Source of the DNA: Botryllus schlosseri
Lineage: Eukaryota
DNA: 64,000 nucleotides
Reading direction: 5' to 3'
Assembly: GCA_051294905.1 (NCBI GenBank)
Contig: CM119371.1
Location: 20,276,001 to 20,340,000 of the forward strand
Shown: one piece after another, positions 40,171 to 53,360 of the stretch
Numbering within the stretch: position 1 is the stretch's first letter
Layout: each line of letters opens with the position of its first letter
Position numbers and translations under genes: made by a program
The notes under the pieces: model-generated
Database searches by the model: none
Told to the model about the DNA's origin: nothing
Seen by the model: the letters and a program-made list of their open reading frames with translations, nothing else

Positions 40171-43100
40171 GGGTGTTTTTGTCGCCAACAACTACTCTCT
40201 GAATAAATGCCAGGAATTGAAATTCCTTTGGGTACGAAACATCCCAGGCATAATAACATGCCATCATATCGATTAAAATATCGAACACCGTTGCGCCATC
40301 GTTACCACAAGGGACGGATTCCCCAACAGCTAAGATCCAGCCTTGAATGGACCCATCCTGATGTCTTGCGACAACTAGATGTGGAGGATCATGCTTCTGA
40401 CTCCTGGTCTCTATGTCGTGAGCCTGAAACAGACATATATTCAAGTCCTTACATACGAATTTTTGTTACCGCTTCCATAAAAATCTGAAGTCATCAGGTA
40501 AGGACATCCATAATATACATCAGTTAGGTTAGTCTTTCCTGCCTAATAATATTAGCATCACATATCAATGAAAGTGGCAATTATGTATTATTATGTACCT
40601 GTTGGACTAGTAAAGCAGTTAAACCGCTTTTTTGTCGACGGTTAATTCTTGCATCGGTAAGCTCTGACTGTAGTTTCAGCAGTTTGGTGAGCTCATCCTT
40701 GTCACCTTCAGTGGACTGATGAAATGAAATGGTGAAATAATTCTTACTAATTGTGGAGCACACTAAATTTGCAAGCCCAAATTTACCTGAAATATTACAT
40801 CCAATATATTTATCATATTTTGATAACTGCTTTTCATGTCTTCAATGGTGGTTGGTGCAATTATCTTCTTGAATTCTTCCCTGATCTGAGAAGAAAAGCA
40901 AATTCATAACAAACACTGATAGAAATGGTTGATAACATTAGACGAGGAGCGGCCAGCCTTTTTTGCTATTCACGACCGCGTTTCGATCTCCTATGTAGCC
41001 CACGGCTGCATTTCAGTGCATAGTTATAATGAACTATCTTCACACCAAATGCCCACGTTGAACTTTCCATGGTATATTTACAGTGAGTTATGGACAAAAC
41101 CTTGTCGCCATGACGTCTTACTCGACGGATCGAAATCAGGAGTAGTCGTGCAGATATGAATAACTATAGTGGGATTGATGTTGCAGTTTAACATATTACT
41201 ATCAAATATGTAAGCAGATATGGTAGGCCGTGGCTATGGCTGCCACGATCTATTACGCAACAAATGCGTTACGCTCACATCAAAGACTAAAATCAATGAA
41301 TGAGTTTGCAATCGCAGAGAAAAACCAGCAGACTTTTATTTGTGCATGTTAGCATTATCTCTATAGCAGACTTGCGAACTGAACAGTCCCAGTTGTCTGA
41401 TTTTTCTAATATATATGCAAGAAGGCGTTGTATTGCTCGTACACACGTGCAATTGCCAATAAAATATACGCAAGAGTTTACTTGATGACTTGAAATTGAC
41501 TCGGAAAGTTTGCTCAAAGTCACGAGTCAATACACATTTTATGAAGCGCTGAGTCAAGTCATTTTGCTCATTGACTTACTACAAGTCAAGCCACGTCAAA
41601 AAGTTGACTCATGTCAAGAGATGACTCGAGTCAAGCAACAGTGTGTGTTATAAGAACTATAAAGTGATTATATTATGGTTCCATGATATAATAACCACAC
41701 TCACCAGTTTGATATCAGTCAAGGAAGGGAACAGATCAAGTATTTCCGACAGGGTAATGTCTTTTTGAATTATCTTGGAACGTCGATGTCCATAGAGGTG
41801 GTTGAAAAGAGAGACAACTTTTTTCCAATCGCGATTGACATTCAAAAATTCACTTCGAAGCTGGAGAGAAGCTTCTTCAGCATTTAGAGTGGATCCACCT
41901 AAAATCGCAAATTTGAAGAATTCACCAAAAACATTGAAACTTGTACCTTGTAAACCATACCTGAAGTCACAAGCGAAGTATTGCTTTTGCCCCGAGGAGC
42001 AGTGCGATTTTTCAGAAGTCTAAGTGTTCTCAGTTTCTGGGACAACTTCTTGTTAAAATTACGCTAGAAAGCAAATGAAAATATGATTGAAAATAAATAT
42101 AGGAAATAACAACGAAGATTTGACTTTACCCAAGGTGGATGTTGCAAAGTTGATCCTAGACATGGATACTTTTCGATAAGTGCTTTTCCAAATTTCGAAT
42201 ACGCCGACTTTCCAGTCATGTCACCACTTCTGAGGATGTGATAGGCACACTCTTGTACAACTAGATGTATGACTTCATATGCAGCTCGTGCCTCGAGCGC
42301 CCGTCGCACTGTGTCACTGAATTCGGGTAAAGGCATCCCATGAATTTGTTCAGAGTGATTGCCGCTAGATGACGCCTGCGATATTACTATAAACAGGATT
42401 GTGTCAACTACATTTATTTGGACATATTACCCCTTCGTCCACACTTGTATCAGGCAGTGTATCTGGCACGGACAGATTGGTCATCGTTTCTTCCTCGTCT
42501 TTGCTGGTTGATAAGGACTTCTGAAGTATACAGTTGCTATGGGTAGTTGCAAAATATGACCAAATAAATTCATACCCGTTTCACAGCTGCGCCAGATGCT
42601 ACACCCTCAACGAATGGCTCTGCTATGGGCCAAGTGGTATCCGACGCTTCTGCCAGTGATTGTGCATCAACGTCGACAGATTCCTTCGGAGGGATGGTGG
42701 TATACGGCTCGGGTGATGAGACAGAAGCATCACACGGATTTTCTGAAGCCCCGGTCAACATCCTTTTCCATAACTGAAATATCAAAATCAACTTGCATAC
42801 ACACATTCAGCAGCAAATGAATTGCTTCTACCTCTTGTAATTTCAGTAGACGACGTGTAGTACCTATATTGAATAACTGCCACAGATCTTTGTCGACGAC
42901 TTCGGTGAAAACATCCGAGTCTATATCATTATCTGAAAAATAATTGACGTCAAGTCGCAAACAGAACTGAATATGGCGATAGACTGAAACCCAACAACTA
43001 CAAACACCAAACATGCCCAACATTCCTAGTCATCACAAACCGCTGCGTGTTAATATTTTGACTGATTTGAGGCCACGGAAAATCATGATCAGAAATACAG

Positions 43101-46100
43101 CACAATCCGTGACTACTGCCATCTTCAACAGCAAATGAATTCATAGCAGACTCGAAATAACAAATTACTAATTTATGGTAGTTGCAAAAAAGACGATTAT
43201 TCATGTATAACAGTTCATCAATGCATATAAAATCTGGAAAACCATCATCTTGAAAGCTGTCAACTAGGATATCACCTACGTTGTATGCGATGTTTTTGTG
43301 CAAAACTCGTGTAGCAGTAACAACACACGTGTCCAATTGACAATTCTCAAACTCTGTTATTTCCGGATAATCTGCAACTGGTGCAGTGGTTTTGTCAGCA
43401 AAAACAGTTTCGTCCTTCAAAAAGTTGATTTTTCTCACACCGTTATTATCAATCATTTTCGTACACATCCACTTCTGGTGATGAAAACTGAGACTCAGGG
43501 GAAGATTTTTGAAATTAAACCACCTTTTTTGTTTAAAAAATCCATTCTTAGCCTCATATCTCATACAATTATGAAAACCAAGGGGACCAAACGCCAACAA
43601 TTGCCATGACATGTGTACAAGAAAATGCATTTTGGGAGTAAATGACAAAGTTGCATACAATCGCTTAAATTCTTCATTGTGGATAGCTATCAAGCAAGTT
43701 AGGTCATACGCCACATTGGGTGAACTGACAAAAGAAAATGACACCTGCACAATTTTAAGCAGTCGAACTAAATTCATCCAGTATAAATTCTCATCAGTCA
43801 TAGACGGACCAATAATGAATGGTAGGGTATGCAATAGTACGAACATACTTGCAGCAGTCTGGGGCAGATTTGAGCTTGGCTGCAAATGCTTTCGTTCAAT
43901 AATCTGTGGCTTATCTTTCATAAAGTTATCGCTGTACTCAAAATTCTGTAATTGATGATTCAAGTGAGATAATGATAATGACCCAACGTCTATATGATGC
44001 AATAAAAATGCCTTGAGCTCCATTTTCACAATGCCTTCTAGGAGTAGATGCATTGGATCCAGCAGTACTCCCTTGGTGACATCAAAATAAGGAATGTCAC
44101 TCAGGAAAGTTCTATTGTTTATGCCTAATTGTTGAGAGAGTTCGGATCGTTCAGCATTTCTGGGACAGCGCCGCAGGGCTTCTAGTCGCTCATTATGTTG
44201 CTCTTTCGAGCGAATAGGACAGTTCTCATGAGCATTGTATTCAGCCATTTCTTGCTTGTGCACATCACAAGTCCGACAAGGTTTATCGGCCCCACCAACA
44301 CCTTCTTTGAATCCAGCCAACTGCTGTGCAGCAGGTGTATCCGCAATACAAAACAACAAAAAACCATGAATCAACTGCTTGGAGCCATTTATAGTCAGAA
44401 TTACTCCTTCAGACAACAATTTTATGGCATTTACAAAATCTTGCAAAATAGCATTGTGGCCAGAAAATGCTTTCAGGTCAACAGACTTTGCGAGGCACAG
44501 TAGTTGCATGCTTTCTAGTTTGCTACGGCAATGGTTTGGGATATTCAACAACGACCAATAATATGCAGTTATTTTGTGTTTTTTTCTGTGCGCTCCAATC
44601 GGATTAACTATTTCAAATTCATCACAATATAGTGCAAACAAAAGACAGTCTGGATAACGAACAATGCCCTCGTGAGTTTTGATAAATTTACCTTGCCACA
44701 CATCTTTCATTACATCAAACTTGTGATGCGCAACATATGGGGACATTTGAACAATTTCTGTGCCACTTAGTACGGCTAACAACTGCTTCAGAAAAGGCAC
44801 AAAGTATCCAGTGGCAGGTTTTTTCACAATACGGTAATTCCTGCCATATCTTTTATTTATCGTTCGAGAACCTAGCACCACCGTTTCCGGATTGACGAGA
44901 TTGAAATGCTCTTGGTAAAACGTTTGCCGGGATTCTTTGGTTTCCAAGCAAGAGAATATATTTATAGGATCCAGAAGTGATGCACCTCCAATCGAATTGC
45001 TTGGTAAAAAATTTTGGTAATTTGCTAATGCAGCATCCAGCATAGATCCATTGGAAGTTAAAATATCTGCCACCCCAGCATCGGAAAGTTTATGAATAGT
45101 GTTCAATCTCAGCAAAAGTGCAGCTTGAGGTAATACCAGAGTCATGGGGAAAGTGACGACAGGACTTTCAATCAGCGGTAATGGAAGATCACATTCCATA
45201 CCTTCTGATGAAGAATCTAATGCAGTTACTCCATCGACGAGGTCATTCAAATCAATTTCAGCCTGTCCGTTATGATGTGTCCTACAGTGATTTTTGAACC
45301 GATTATGATTTTCAAATCTTTTCCGACAAACCGTGCAATTCAAGATCAAACTTGGATGATCGTTGTGGCGCTTCAGCAAGTGTTTTCCAAGCTCATCTGG
45401 ACTACCAAAAAATGAGCACAGCCGACAGTATTGTAGACGTGACATTATATGAGGAACTTGAGATCGGTACAGTATTATTTCTGCATTAATAGCATATATC
45501 TGTAAAATTTATATTAATGATTACAATTGGTATTAACATTCAACCCCACCCCAGATGCATAAAAATGAAATGAGTGTATAGAGATGTTTCACACGTCAAT
45601 CAGGAGAAATATCAAAGCACACGAACACATCATCACTGCCAACTATACATCATGATGTAGCCTACAACGGTAATGTGAAGAAACAATAATGAGGATCAAT
45701 AATTTATATTCTGCTCACTAACAATTTGCACAAAACATATCCATGGGGAACACTGATTCTTGCTGATCAAGCAATCATGTATCGATGTTTGCAATGGACC
45801 AGACAACGTAATAACAGAGAATTTACTAGTGGAATTAAACTCTTCTATCAAGGATAGTCATCGGAGGATGAGAATAAAATGATCACTGGCGACTCAATTA
45901 TCACGTATACTACACAGGCTTTGCAGATATATACACTTTTCTAAGGTTCAGTTGTTTGCCAATCAACACTACGTCTACACCGCATGTTCAGGGGGAACAC
46001 GAATCGGGTAAGGTCATGCTTAAAACCTCTCGATGTCTAAATATGACATCAACCACCTAGACCACATCGTTTCAGTCTTCAGTACTTCATAATTAAGCAA

Positions 46101-46341
46101 GCAAAGGATGCAATGCCTGGCAAATGACCAGCATCTTGTAAATTTCATCAAAACTTCCGAAAGTCATTACATCAGGCTAACCAAGCCCTTATTGCGCTAA
46201 TGTTGTAGCATATCATGAGGTAACATACAAACGAAAACGACAAATGCCTTAACTTTTACCTTCCAATTTGTCGATATGGTGAGATGCGATGCCGTTAATG
46301 GCTAAGAAACCTCTCAAATCGGCGCACGCTCTTCCTGTCAT
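40115..46341 (-). CDS. Spliced SAM-domain (SAMD3-like) transposon accessory protein, TnpA-equivalent
   Basis: Phase-consistent GT-AG exons 46341-46260, 42932-42832, 42773-42576, 42520-42431, 42375-42130, 42063-41961, 41898-41705, 40885-40787, 40715-40599, an unresolved exon near 40542-40460, and 40423-40115. Exons 1+2 give SAM-like LRGFLAINGIASHHIDKLEDNDIDSDVFTEVVDKDLWQLFNIGTTRRLLKL; C-terminus MMACYYAWDVSYPKE..FIQ resembles SAMD3-like proteins. Confidence 0.75.
42998..45445 (-). CDS. CACTA/EnSpm-like transposase with two N-terminal C2H2 zinc fingers (815 aa)
   Basis: Uninterrupted ORF; CxxC..HxxxxH and CxxC..HxxxH fingers; motifs LYCDEFEIVNPIG, IADTPAA..GFKE...CRTC, DPMHLLLEG, TPKMHFLVH and CMRYEAKN, typical of animal EnSpm-like transposases. 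Confidence 0.9.
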   Translation of the reverse strand: MSRLQYCRLCSFFGSPDELGKHLLKRHNDHPSLILNCTVCRKRFENHNRFKNHCRTHHNGQAEIDLNDLVDGVTALDSSSEGMECDLPLPLIESPVVTFPMTLVLPQAALLLRLNTIHKLSDAGVADILTSNGSMLDAALANYQNFLPSNSIGGASLLDPINIFSCLETKESRQTFYQEHFNLVNPETVVLGSRTINKRYGRNYRIVKKPATGYFVPFLKQLLAVLSGTEIVQMSPYVAHHKFDVMKDVWQGKFIKTHEGIVRYPDCLLFALYCDEFEIVNPIGAHRKKHKITAYYWSLLNIPNHCRSKLESMQLLCLAKSVDLKAFSGHNAILQDFVNAIKLLSEGVILTINGSKQLIHGFLLFCIADTPAAQQLAGFKEGVGGADKPCRTCDVHKQEMAEYNAHENCPIRSKEQHNERLEALRRCPRNAERSELSQQLGINNRTFLSDIPYFDVTKGVLLDPMHLLLEGIVKMELKAFLLHHIDVGSLSLSHLNHQLQNFEYSDNFMKDKPQIIERKHLQPSSNLPQTAASMFVLLHTLPFIIGPSMTDENLYWMNLVRLLKIVQVSFSFVSSPNVAYDLTCLIAIHNEEFKRLYATLSFTPKMHFLVHMSWQLLAFGPLGFHNCMRYEAKNGFFKQKRWFNFKNLPLSLSFHHQKWMCTKMIDNNGVRKINFLKDETVFADKTTAPVADYPEITEFENCQLDTCVVTATRVLHKNIAYNVGDILVDSFQDDGFPDFICIDELLYMNNRLFCNYHKLVICYFESAMNSFAVEDGSSHGLCCISDHDFPWPQISQNINTQRFVMTRNVGHVWCL

Positions 46342-47078
46342 GATGTCGTATCGCAAAAGAACCACGTGGCGGTGTTCGACGGGAGATGACGTTGTCAGTA
46401 TTGGGATAAGGTGAACGCGAAAAAAGAAAAGACATCAAATTTCTCTCGATCGCGGCGTTGTTGACATGATTAGCCGTTGCCACCAACGGAAAATACTGCG
46501 CTAGCGTTGTCTCGAATTTAGAGTGTACAGGAGATTTTGAAGAGCTAGTTCAAGTAAAATCGCGGTAATGCGTATATGTCACCATTTCAAAATCACATGA
46601 TATCACGCCGTGAGTTGAAAGAGCGGATGCAAATAGGCAATTCAGACCAACCATGTGACATGCGCGCATCTGACAAGCAGAAATCGCTTCGTTGCAAATC
46701 TGGTTCGAAATATTATTTAGGTTCAACTTTGAACACTTCACTTCCCTTCATTTCCAACAAATACCGGACAAGGCGATAAAATCCACGAAAGATATCACCC
46801 TAGGGATGAGCTGCGTTTGTTTTGTTACAGGTCGTCGACTTAGTGTGGTAAAATAAATATTTGCCCGGTCCTCAGAATGTCTCGAATACTTTGAGAGGCA
46901 ATACAATAAAAAGCAACCGAGGATAGGTTAATAGTGTGGTGTAATTTTGCGTTAAATATAGCGACAGTAAACGTGTAATATAAAACCATTATCCAACCCA
47001 GGTACATAAAAACTGTTCCAGCTAAAGACCCGTGCGCAAGCTTCACAAGGTCATAGATTTTTTCCGAATAATTTTAAG

Positions 47079-47672
47079 CAGTGACGTGAGGTGAGATTCA
47101 AGGTTGGTGAAGCACTGACATTGCCACTACACGATCCATACTGCACCGTCGGTTTGCTAAGTCGATAGAGTATTTTATTACTACGTGGGGATTGTCGGAT
47201 TGGTAGCTAACAGTAGGTGAGACCAATCCATCTATGGTTCCCCTGGTCATTGTTCCTCTCCACTGCCATTATACGTAAGAATGTCGCGTACCTTAATGAT
47301 TTTCGGGTTGTTTGGTGTTCAGACGTTATATTTGGATTTTCGGAACCAGTGCGATTATAGCATTCGATTAATACCAGTGATTGTAAATTATGAGCTGTTT
47401 ATGATGAATTTCGCTATCACGGATGAGGCTTGGCCAGTCTGCTTCCGACCTGTGCCTCACCTCTCCTTTCGCGCTGTACTTTTCAACCCTAACCATGTAA
47501 ATTCAGTGATTTTATATCCTAAAATGTTTCAAAATTAGTCATTCATGAACATCGTTGGAAAATGCAAATGATAATGGTGTTATAATTATTGAAGGTGTCA
47601 ACCATTTCGTTTACACATTCTGGCGTCAGGTGAGGCACTTCCTCACTTGCCTCTCCTGACCACGCGTCACTG
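47079..47672. mobile_element. hAT-like MITE
   Basis: CAGTGACG / CGTCACTG ends; absent from repeat copy 1; degenerate TSD. Confidence 0.55.
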
Positions 47673-50600
47673 ATCTGAACCCATGAGTCAATTAAACTGA
47701 ACGTACACCACAAACGGAAATCGTGTATAGCGTCCTTAAGTAGGGTGTAAATCTGGTAAACGCTTATTTTTGATAGATAAGGCCGCCGGCCATTAGGCGA
47801 GAACTTAACGCATCCAAAATAGTGATAAGCTACATCAATATCGATGTTATGGTGACTACTGGGGGCTTCGCATGCAAGACATTTCTTGTCGTCTCATAAC
47901 CGACTTAGCGTCAAACATTTTTCTTTTAAATGCGTCAATCCATCGCGGCGCAGTCCAACACAGCGACTTCTACGTAACATAAACGCCTATCGTCGATGAA
48001 ACAAATTGTTTCTACCTAATAACTATCGAATCGTCACCTACCGGCATCATCACATTAGTCATGAATGTCATGATGTCAGGAAAAGACCAGCAAACTGCGT
48101 TTAAAATGACAAGCGAGATTTATCAAGAATTTCCACGGAGGTTTCCGTAACCTTTCTTGTAAATTTGAACCTGATGGCATGAGCATGGCCTCCTTTACAT
48201 GCTTAATAAATTACGTCTTAACGGCCGCATAATTATTCACATCCAGGGTCGCGAATCGGACACCATTGTTGGATATTTTAAGCCAGTGGAAAATGTTTGT
48301 AAGCCAAATAAGGCACCAGCAAATGCTGATGACCTTACTCAAACATTGGGCTATGGTGAAAATATTGTAATCGTTATACACCTATTTCCACCCCATGTCT
48401 TCACAGCATTTAGTTATAAATACTAGCAAGCTTCAAAAGACATGATACGGCAGTCGAGCAATATCAACAATTTGCACTATCAAAAATCCTTTCAGACATA
48501 GGCTAGTACATGTTATAAAATTACCATTGCTGCAGTCTCGACAAAACTATCAGCAGCCTCCCGGTCTGAGAAGTGTGAATACCAGAACCCAAATCTCCAA
48601 ACCCATCTTCAATATCGTACTATACAAGGGGTCGGGAACCTATGGCTCGCGAGCCATCTAAGGCTCTTTGGATGATGTGTTTCTTTGGTAAATTCCTAAT
48701 TTGTCACCTAATTCGCATCTTATTTATCAGCTTGCTGAGTTTATTTTGTGAATTTTCATAGCCATCGAAAGCATAAGGCTTGCGGTAGCTGAAACAAGTA
48801 TTTGTAGAGTCAAAAAGTAGCCTATCCAGGGGGTTTAGCGGCTCGGAACCTCCCATTTCAAAATCTTAAAGTTTACGTCGAATATTGCAGGTTGATAATT
48901 GCTCATTTACCAGTTCAATATATGAAGAGCTTTTCGGAGGTACAGCACTTCAATGTACTATTGAATATACTATTCATTAGTCCAGTTTTTCTATAATGGT
49001 GAAAACAACTAAATCTTATTGAAGTATTCATCATACAACTTTAATCCGTCGGCCTCGATACAAAATTTGTTTAGTTGCATAATCAAAGTTGCTATGGCGC
49101 ACGCAACCATACAATGTCATAATTCGCTGTACGCAACATCGCACGCCTTGACTGACACGATGCGTTGAGTAATCAGAGAGATAAACGAATTTGGCGACAC
49201 CTTTATGACAATGCAGTTCTCAAATCCACATTGTCTTTCTGATCATCGGCGGGAAATGGAATCGCTTGAAAATTAGATCCCTAATTACAAATTTAACTTG
49301 CCAGTATAGTAGGCTTATTTTGGAAATCTGAAAAGAGGACACATTTTCAGAAATTTGAGACTTGCAAAACCGGAGAGGAATTCTCAAAAACCGGTGAATT
49401 TTTCCCACTTTGTGATCGGTTGACTAAAAAAAAAAAAAGGTCATCTTTCCGCCCAGAGCTAAAATCACCATTTTTCACTCCGAAATACCCGTCGGAACGT
49501 CACTTATGTGCTAATTTACGGCATATCACTCGCAATTTGCTCTAAATCTGACCTGAATTTTCAAAAAAGAGGACAAAATCTCAAAAAAGAGGACAAAAGG
49601 GCGTCCTCCGAGGACACTTTCAAAAAAGTCAAAAAAGAGGACAAATCCTCTTAAAAGAGGACGTATGGTAACCCTACAATATAGTCATTCGAAGTTCCAA
49701 TTGTTACGTAGCTTGCTCGCAACGGCGTTAAAATGTACGGTTGCAGAGCAACGCTATGTTACCGCCGAATAATTTGAAAATTGTGTGCAAAGTTACCAAT
49801 TGATATCGTTCAACAATGGTGTCCGCCGCTGAAGTTTTTTCTGGCCTCGAGAAACTGATTGAAAAGCGCGTCACTGTCAGTAGAACAATTGAAGTATACG
49901 GCTACCCTCGCGCGTCCTGCAAGAAATCCTAGGAAAGTCGTGTCACGGATGAATATGGAGTTAATTCACACATTTACTGTCTATGATTGTTGGTTTCGCT
50001 TTAAAAATAACACTGGTCAACACATATTTTTAGGCAGACAAAGTAACAGTGGTTTTGTGGGTTCTGAAGGGCTTTGATTCCGAATATGACCTTAGTTTTT
50101 TCAAGTTGGCTCTTGTTGTGGAGATAACCCATGGGGCTATTTTGACCAAAATCTCCCATTTTCGCGGTAATGACTAGATATAAAATCGGCTAAGTCATAC
50201 TATAAAGTTTAGAAATTCAATCTGCTTGTTATTTTTACACGCAAAAGACTATTTTAAATCAAAATGCAGCTACAGCACTATATTTAGGGGTAATAGATTT
50301 GTCATAGTTACAGACTTTCACGGATATCATGTACATAAATAAACTCCAGCCATGTATATAAGCATTTACCTAGATACTCAAATAACATGGCATTAATTCA
50401 ACCAATTTTACGTCAACCACGTATTGTAAATTTGAAATAATCAGTTGGAATACAGTATTATTAATATATTTTAAATCGAAATTGTTTTTTGTACGATTTT
50501 CGCCTGTAAGCTATTTAGTGCAGTTTCTCGAAAGGTTCCGGTAATGGTCTGACATAATATGTTCAATAATTCTTCTCATCTGCCCTGGTATCTTTCTTTT

Positions 50601-51331
50601 GTTGTTCCGATGTCGTGGTAGAACATCTCCCCTTGCTAATCAACAAGATGATGGGGAAATATATCAAGATGACTGAACAGGAAGTGAACTTTTATGCTCA
50701 TGTGTGTTCCAAGTTTTTGATATGCAGATACGAATTTTTGGATCATCTGTTTGTAGTTGGGTGCTTTGTGATCATCTAAAAAGTTTTATTTACTACATCT
50801 TAGGAGAATTTACATGCTGTGAACTCCCAATGTGAAATTGGAATCTTTCATCGGTATTCGAATATACCAGATACCAGATTTAAGCTTCTCGTTTGATAAG
50901 GTTACTAGGTATACCCACTTTAGCCACTCATACGTAAATATACTTTTGTTTTGGGGATCGAGAATAGGGGGGGTTACAAAAACGAATATAAGGGGCAATG
51001 AATAACGCCTAGCACAAAGCAAATATCAAGCTGAATACACCGGTCCCAAAATAAGTCTACTGTGGGCCACTAAATATCTCAATTTTAAATAGAAAAGTGC
51101 TGGATAACGCAAGCATATTTTAATTACTCAGCATTGCATCGAAGACCGCATGTCTGACATACCTCATACAGTAATAGTATATATCGTAATACAAAGGTCA
51201 ACTTTAACTTTGTGTGTAATTGTCACTGAGGAATATACCGAAAAAAATTCGTACAAAAATAAAAACCTACATATCAGAACGAATAATTATTGATTCAAAA
51301 CTTCCGCGCATTTCCGACTTCTTATACAAGT

Positions 51332-52604
51332 CAGTGTTGGGATGACTCGAGTACACTTTTTCAGATGACTTGACTTGACTCGAGTCCCGTTGCTAAAATG
51401 ACCTGACTTGACTTGAGTTGACTCGGCGTTTCAAAAATGTGACCCGAAGCCAAATTCTCGAATCAATTTCAAGTCATCAAGAAATAGATATTGACTAACT
51501 TGCTATGCATGAACTTCAATTTTCTCGACGCGCTGATATGGCATGTATGCGCAACGAGTCATGAACAATTGCGCAGACTGGTTTTACTGAGCCTCCGACG
51601 GTATGTCACAAATGAATGGACCTCAAACGAAGTGATTAGAGCAGTGGTTCTCAAACCTTTTTAGACTAGCCCTTTATGAAAGTGAACAATTTCGCGCCCC
51701 TCTTATCGTCACATCAGAAAATGCCACCAGATTACTGGCAATCATAACGGATAGTTTGGTGGTGGCATGGATGGTTATGACTGTTAGTGTGAGAATTCTT
51801 AAATATGAAATTCGGACTGTACACAGAGCAATACCTATGAATTCGAGATAAAGCGCGCCGAGCGCGAATTTTTTTTCCAGTTGACCGCAGGTTTGCGCCC
51901 CCCTTCAGATGCTTTGACGCCCCCAGGGAGGGCGCACCGTCACTTTGACAACCACTGGATTAGAGCTTACTGTCATAGACTAGTAGTACTCCATCTATAG
52001 CAGGGTGTTTTCGTTGTACAAAGAGTTCTCAGTGCTCACACTAAAGAACCTCTTATATGATTTAAATCGGACTGACATACTGTGGTTCATAGATTTGAAT
52101 GACTCGTCAACAGTTGGTGCAGGGTTGCAGTGTATCGTATGGATTCTTGGGTGAGTGTGTTGGATATTGCATCGTATCAATTTGTTCCTACTTTCTAAAG
52201 TTCCATGTCCTATCACCTATGGCTGACAGGTACCGACGCAATGTAGCTGTTCTACGTATACGTCAGTCCTACAAAGTCTGTTGAAGGTATAATTATACCT
52301 GTTGGATATTCATTTCTCGATTTAGAATTATTAGCGACTCAACATGTACTTCAATCATCTTGCAAAATGCAATGACTTGCATCAAGTCTCGTACTTCGAA
52401 AATTCGATATGACTTTGTGACTTGACTGGTGACTTGACTCGATTTGACTTGACTTGTCTTGACTCAGCCACCTCCAAAAATATAGTGACTTGACTTGACT
52501 TGAGTCACCTTAAAAAATCGAATGACTTGACTTGACTCGATTCAAAATGTGCAATGACTCGATATGACTAGTGACTAGCAGCTAGAGGCTTGATCCCGGC
52601 ACCG
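51332..52604 (-). mobile_element. CAGTGTTGGG-family hAT MITE with nested MITE 51642-51957
   Basis: Left end CAGTGTTGGGATGACTCGAG; GACTTGACTCG arrays; nested CAGTGGTTCTCAAA...ACCACTG element with perfect TSD GATTAGAG. Confidence 0.8.
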
Positions 52605-53030
52605 ACACGTGTAGATTAACCACGCAACTCACATGCAACATGAACTGTCCGGTTATCAAAAATAGCTTGAATAAAACGACCCAATGCGATGTTGGGAAGA
52701 AAAAAGGATAACATGTCAGCGGATGTATCATCGACATATCGCGTGACTATACGTATTACTTGAATACGATGCAAGGTTTATACACGGGATACACGGGAAA
52801 AAAGGACAATTACTAAGTATACCTTCCGTTTAGTATGTCGGAAGAAGTCAGCGTGAAGTACATGTTTTGGTCAGCTCGCACGCATCAAACTTAACATGAG
52901 CACTTGAACGAGACAACAATCATATCGCGTTACTTTACCCACCCACAAGTCAACTCAACCAGACCTAGAGCAAAGCGATACCACGGGCTTGGCACATGAT
53001 TCCAAGTGACTTTTTATCAATTGATTATAA

Positions 53031-53360
53031 CAGAGGCGGGCAACTTAGGCCCGTGACGGGATTATGTGCGGCCCGCCGACAGATTTTACCATGAAAGAGA
53101 AATTCAAACCTGAACAATGGACAAATTTTTTGCGTCACTGAATGAATCCGAATTTGCCTATCTGACAAAGATCGCCTTAAAACTACTTGTTCTGTATGGT
53201 CTGCATACATTCGCGAGCAAATATTTCCGATCATGAACATTAACATGACAAAGCGGCGTCCCAATCGAAGTGATGTATACGGTGCAGTCTTTACTAAGGT
53301 TTTCTGCGTCCGACATGGAGCCAGAGTTAAAAGAACTTGTTGAAAACTTTGATCGACCAC
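53031..53360 (+). pseudogene. Buster/Charlie-type hAT transposase C-terminal (dimerisation domain) remnant
   Basis: Frameshifted EFAYLTKIALKLLVL..SAYIREQIFPIMNINMTKRR resembles the FGSTYxCEQxFSxM hATC motif; preceded by a CAGAGGCGGGCAAC hAT-like end. Confidence 0.55.

Larger units (their letters stand above)
38876..46525 (-). mobile_element. Full-length CACTA/EnSpm-like (CMC) DNA transposon, 7650 bp
   Basis: TIRs CACTCTAAATT (38876) / AATTTAGAGTG (46515-46525); TA TSD; empty paralogous site at about 7895-7935; encodes a transposase and a second spliced gene. Confidence 0.92.

Noticed and set aside
43298..44561. Short plus-strand ORFs overlapping the CACTA transposase (likewise those antisense to the glycoprotein at 62153, 62828, 63494)
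   Set aside because: Antisense shadows of long coding frames, with no independent motifs.
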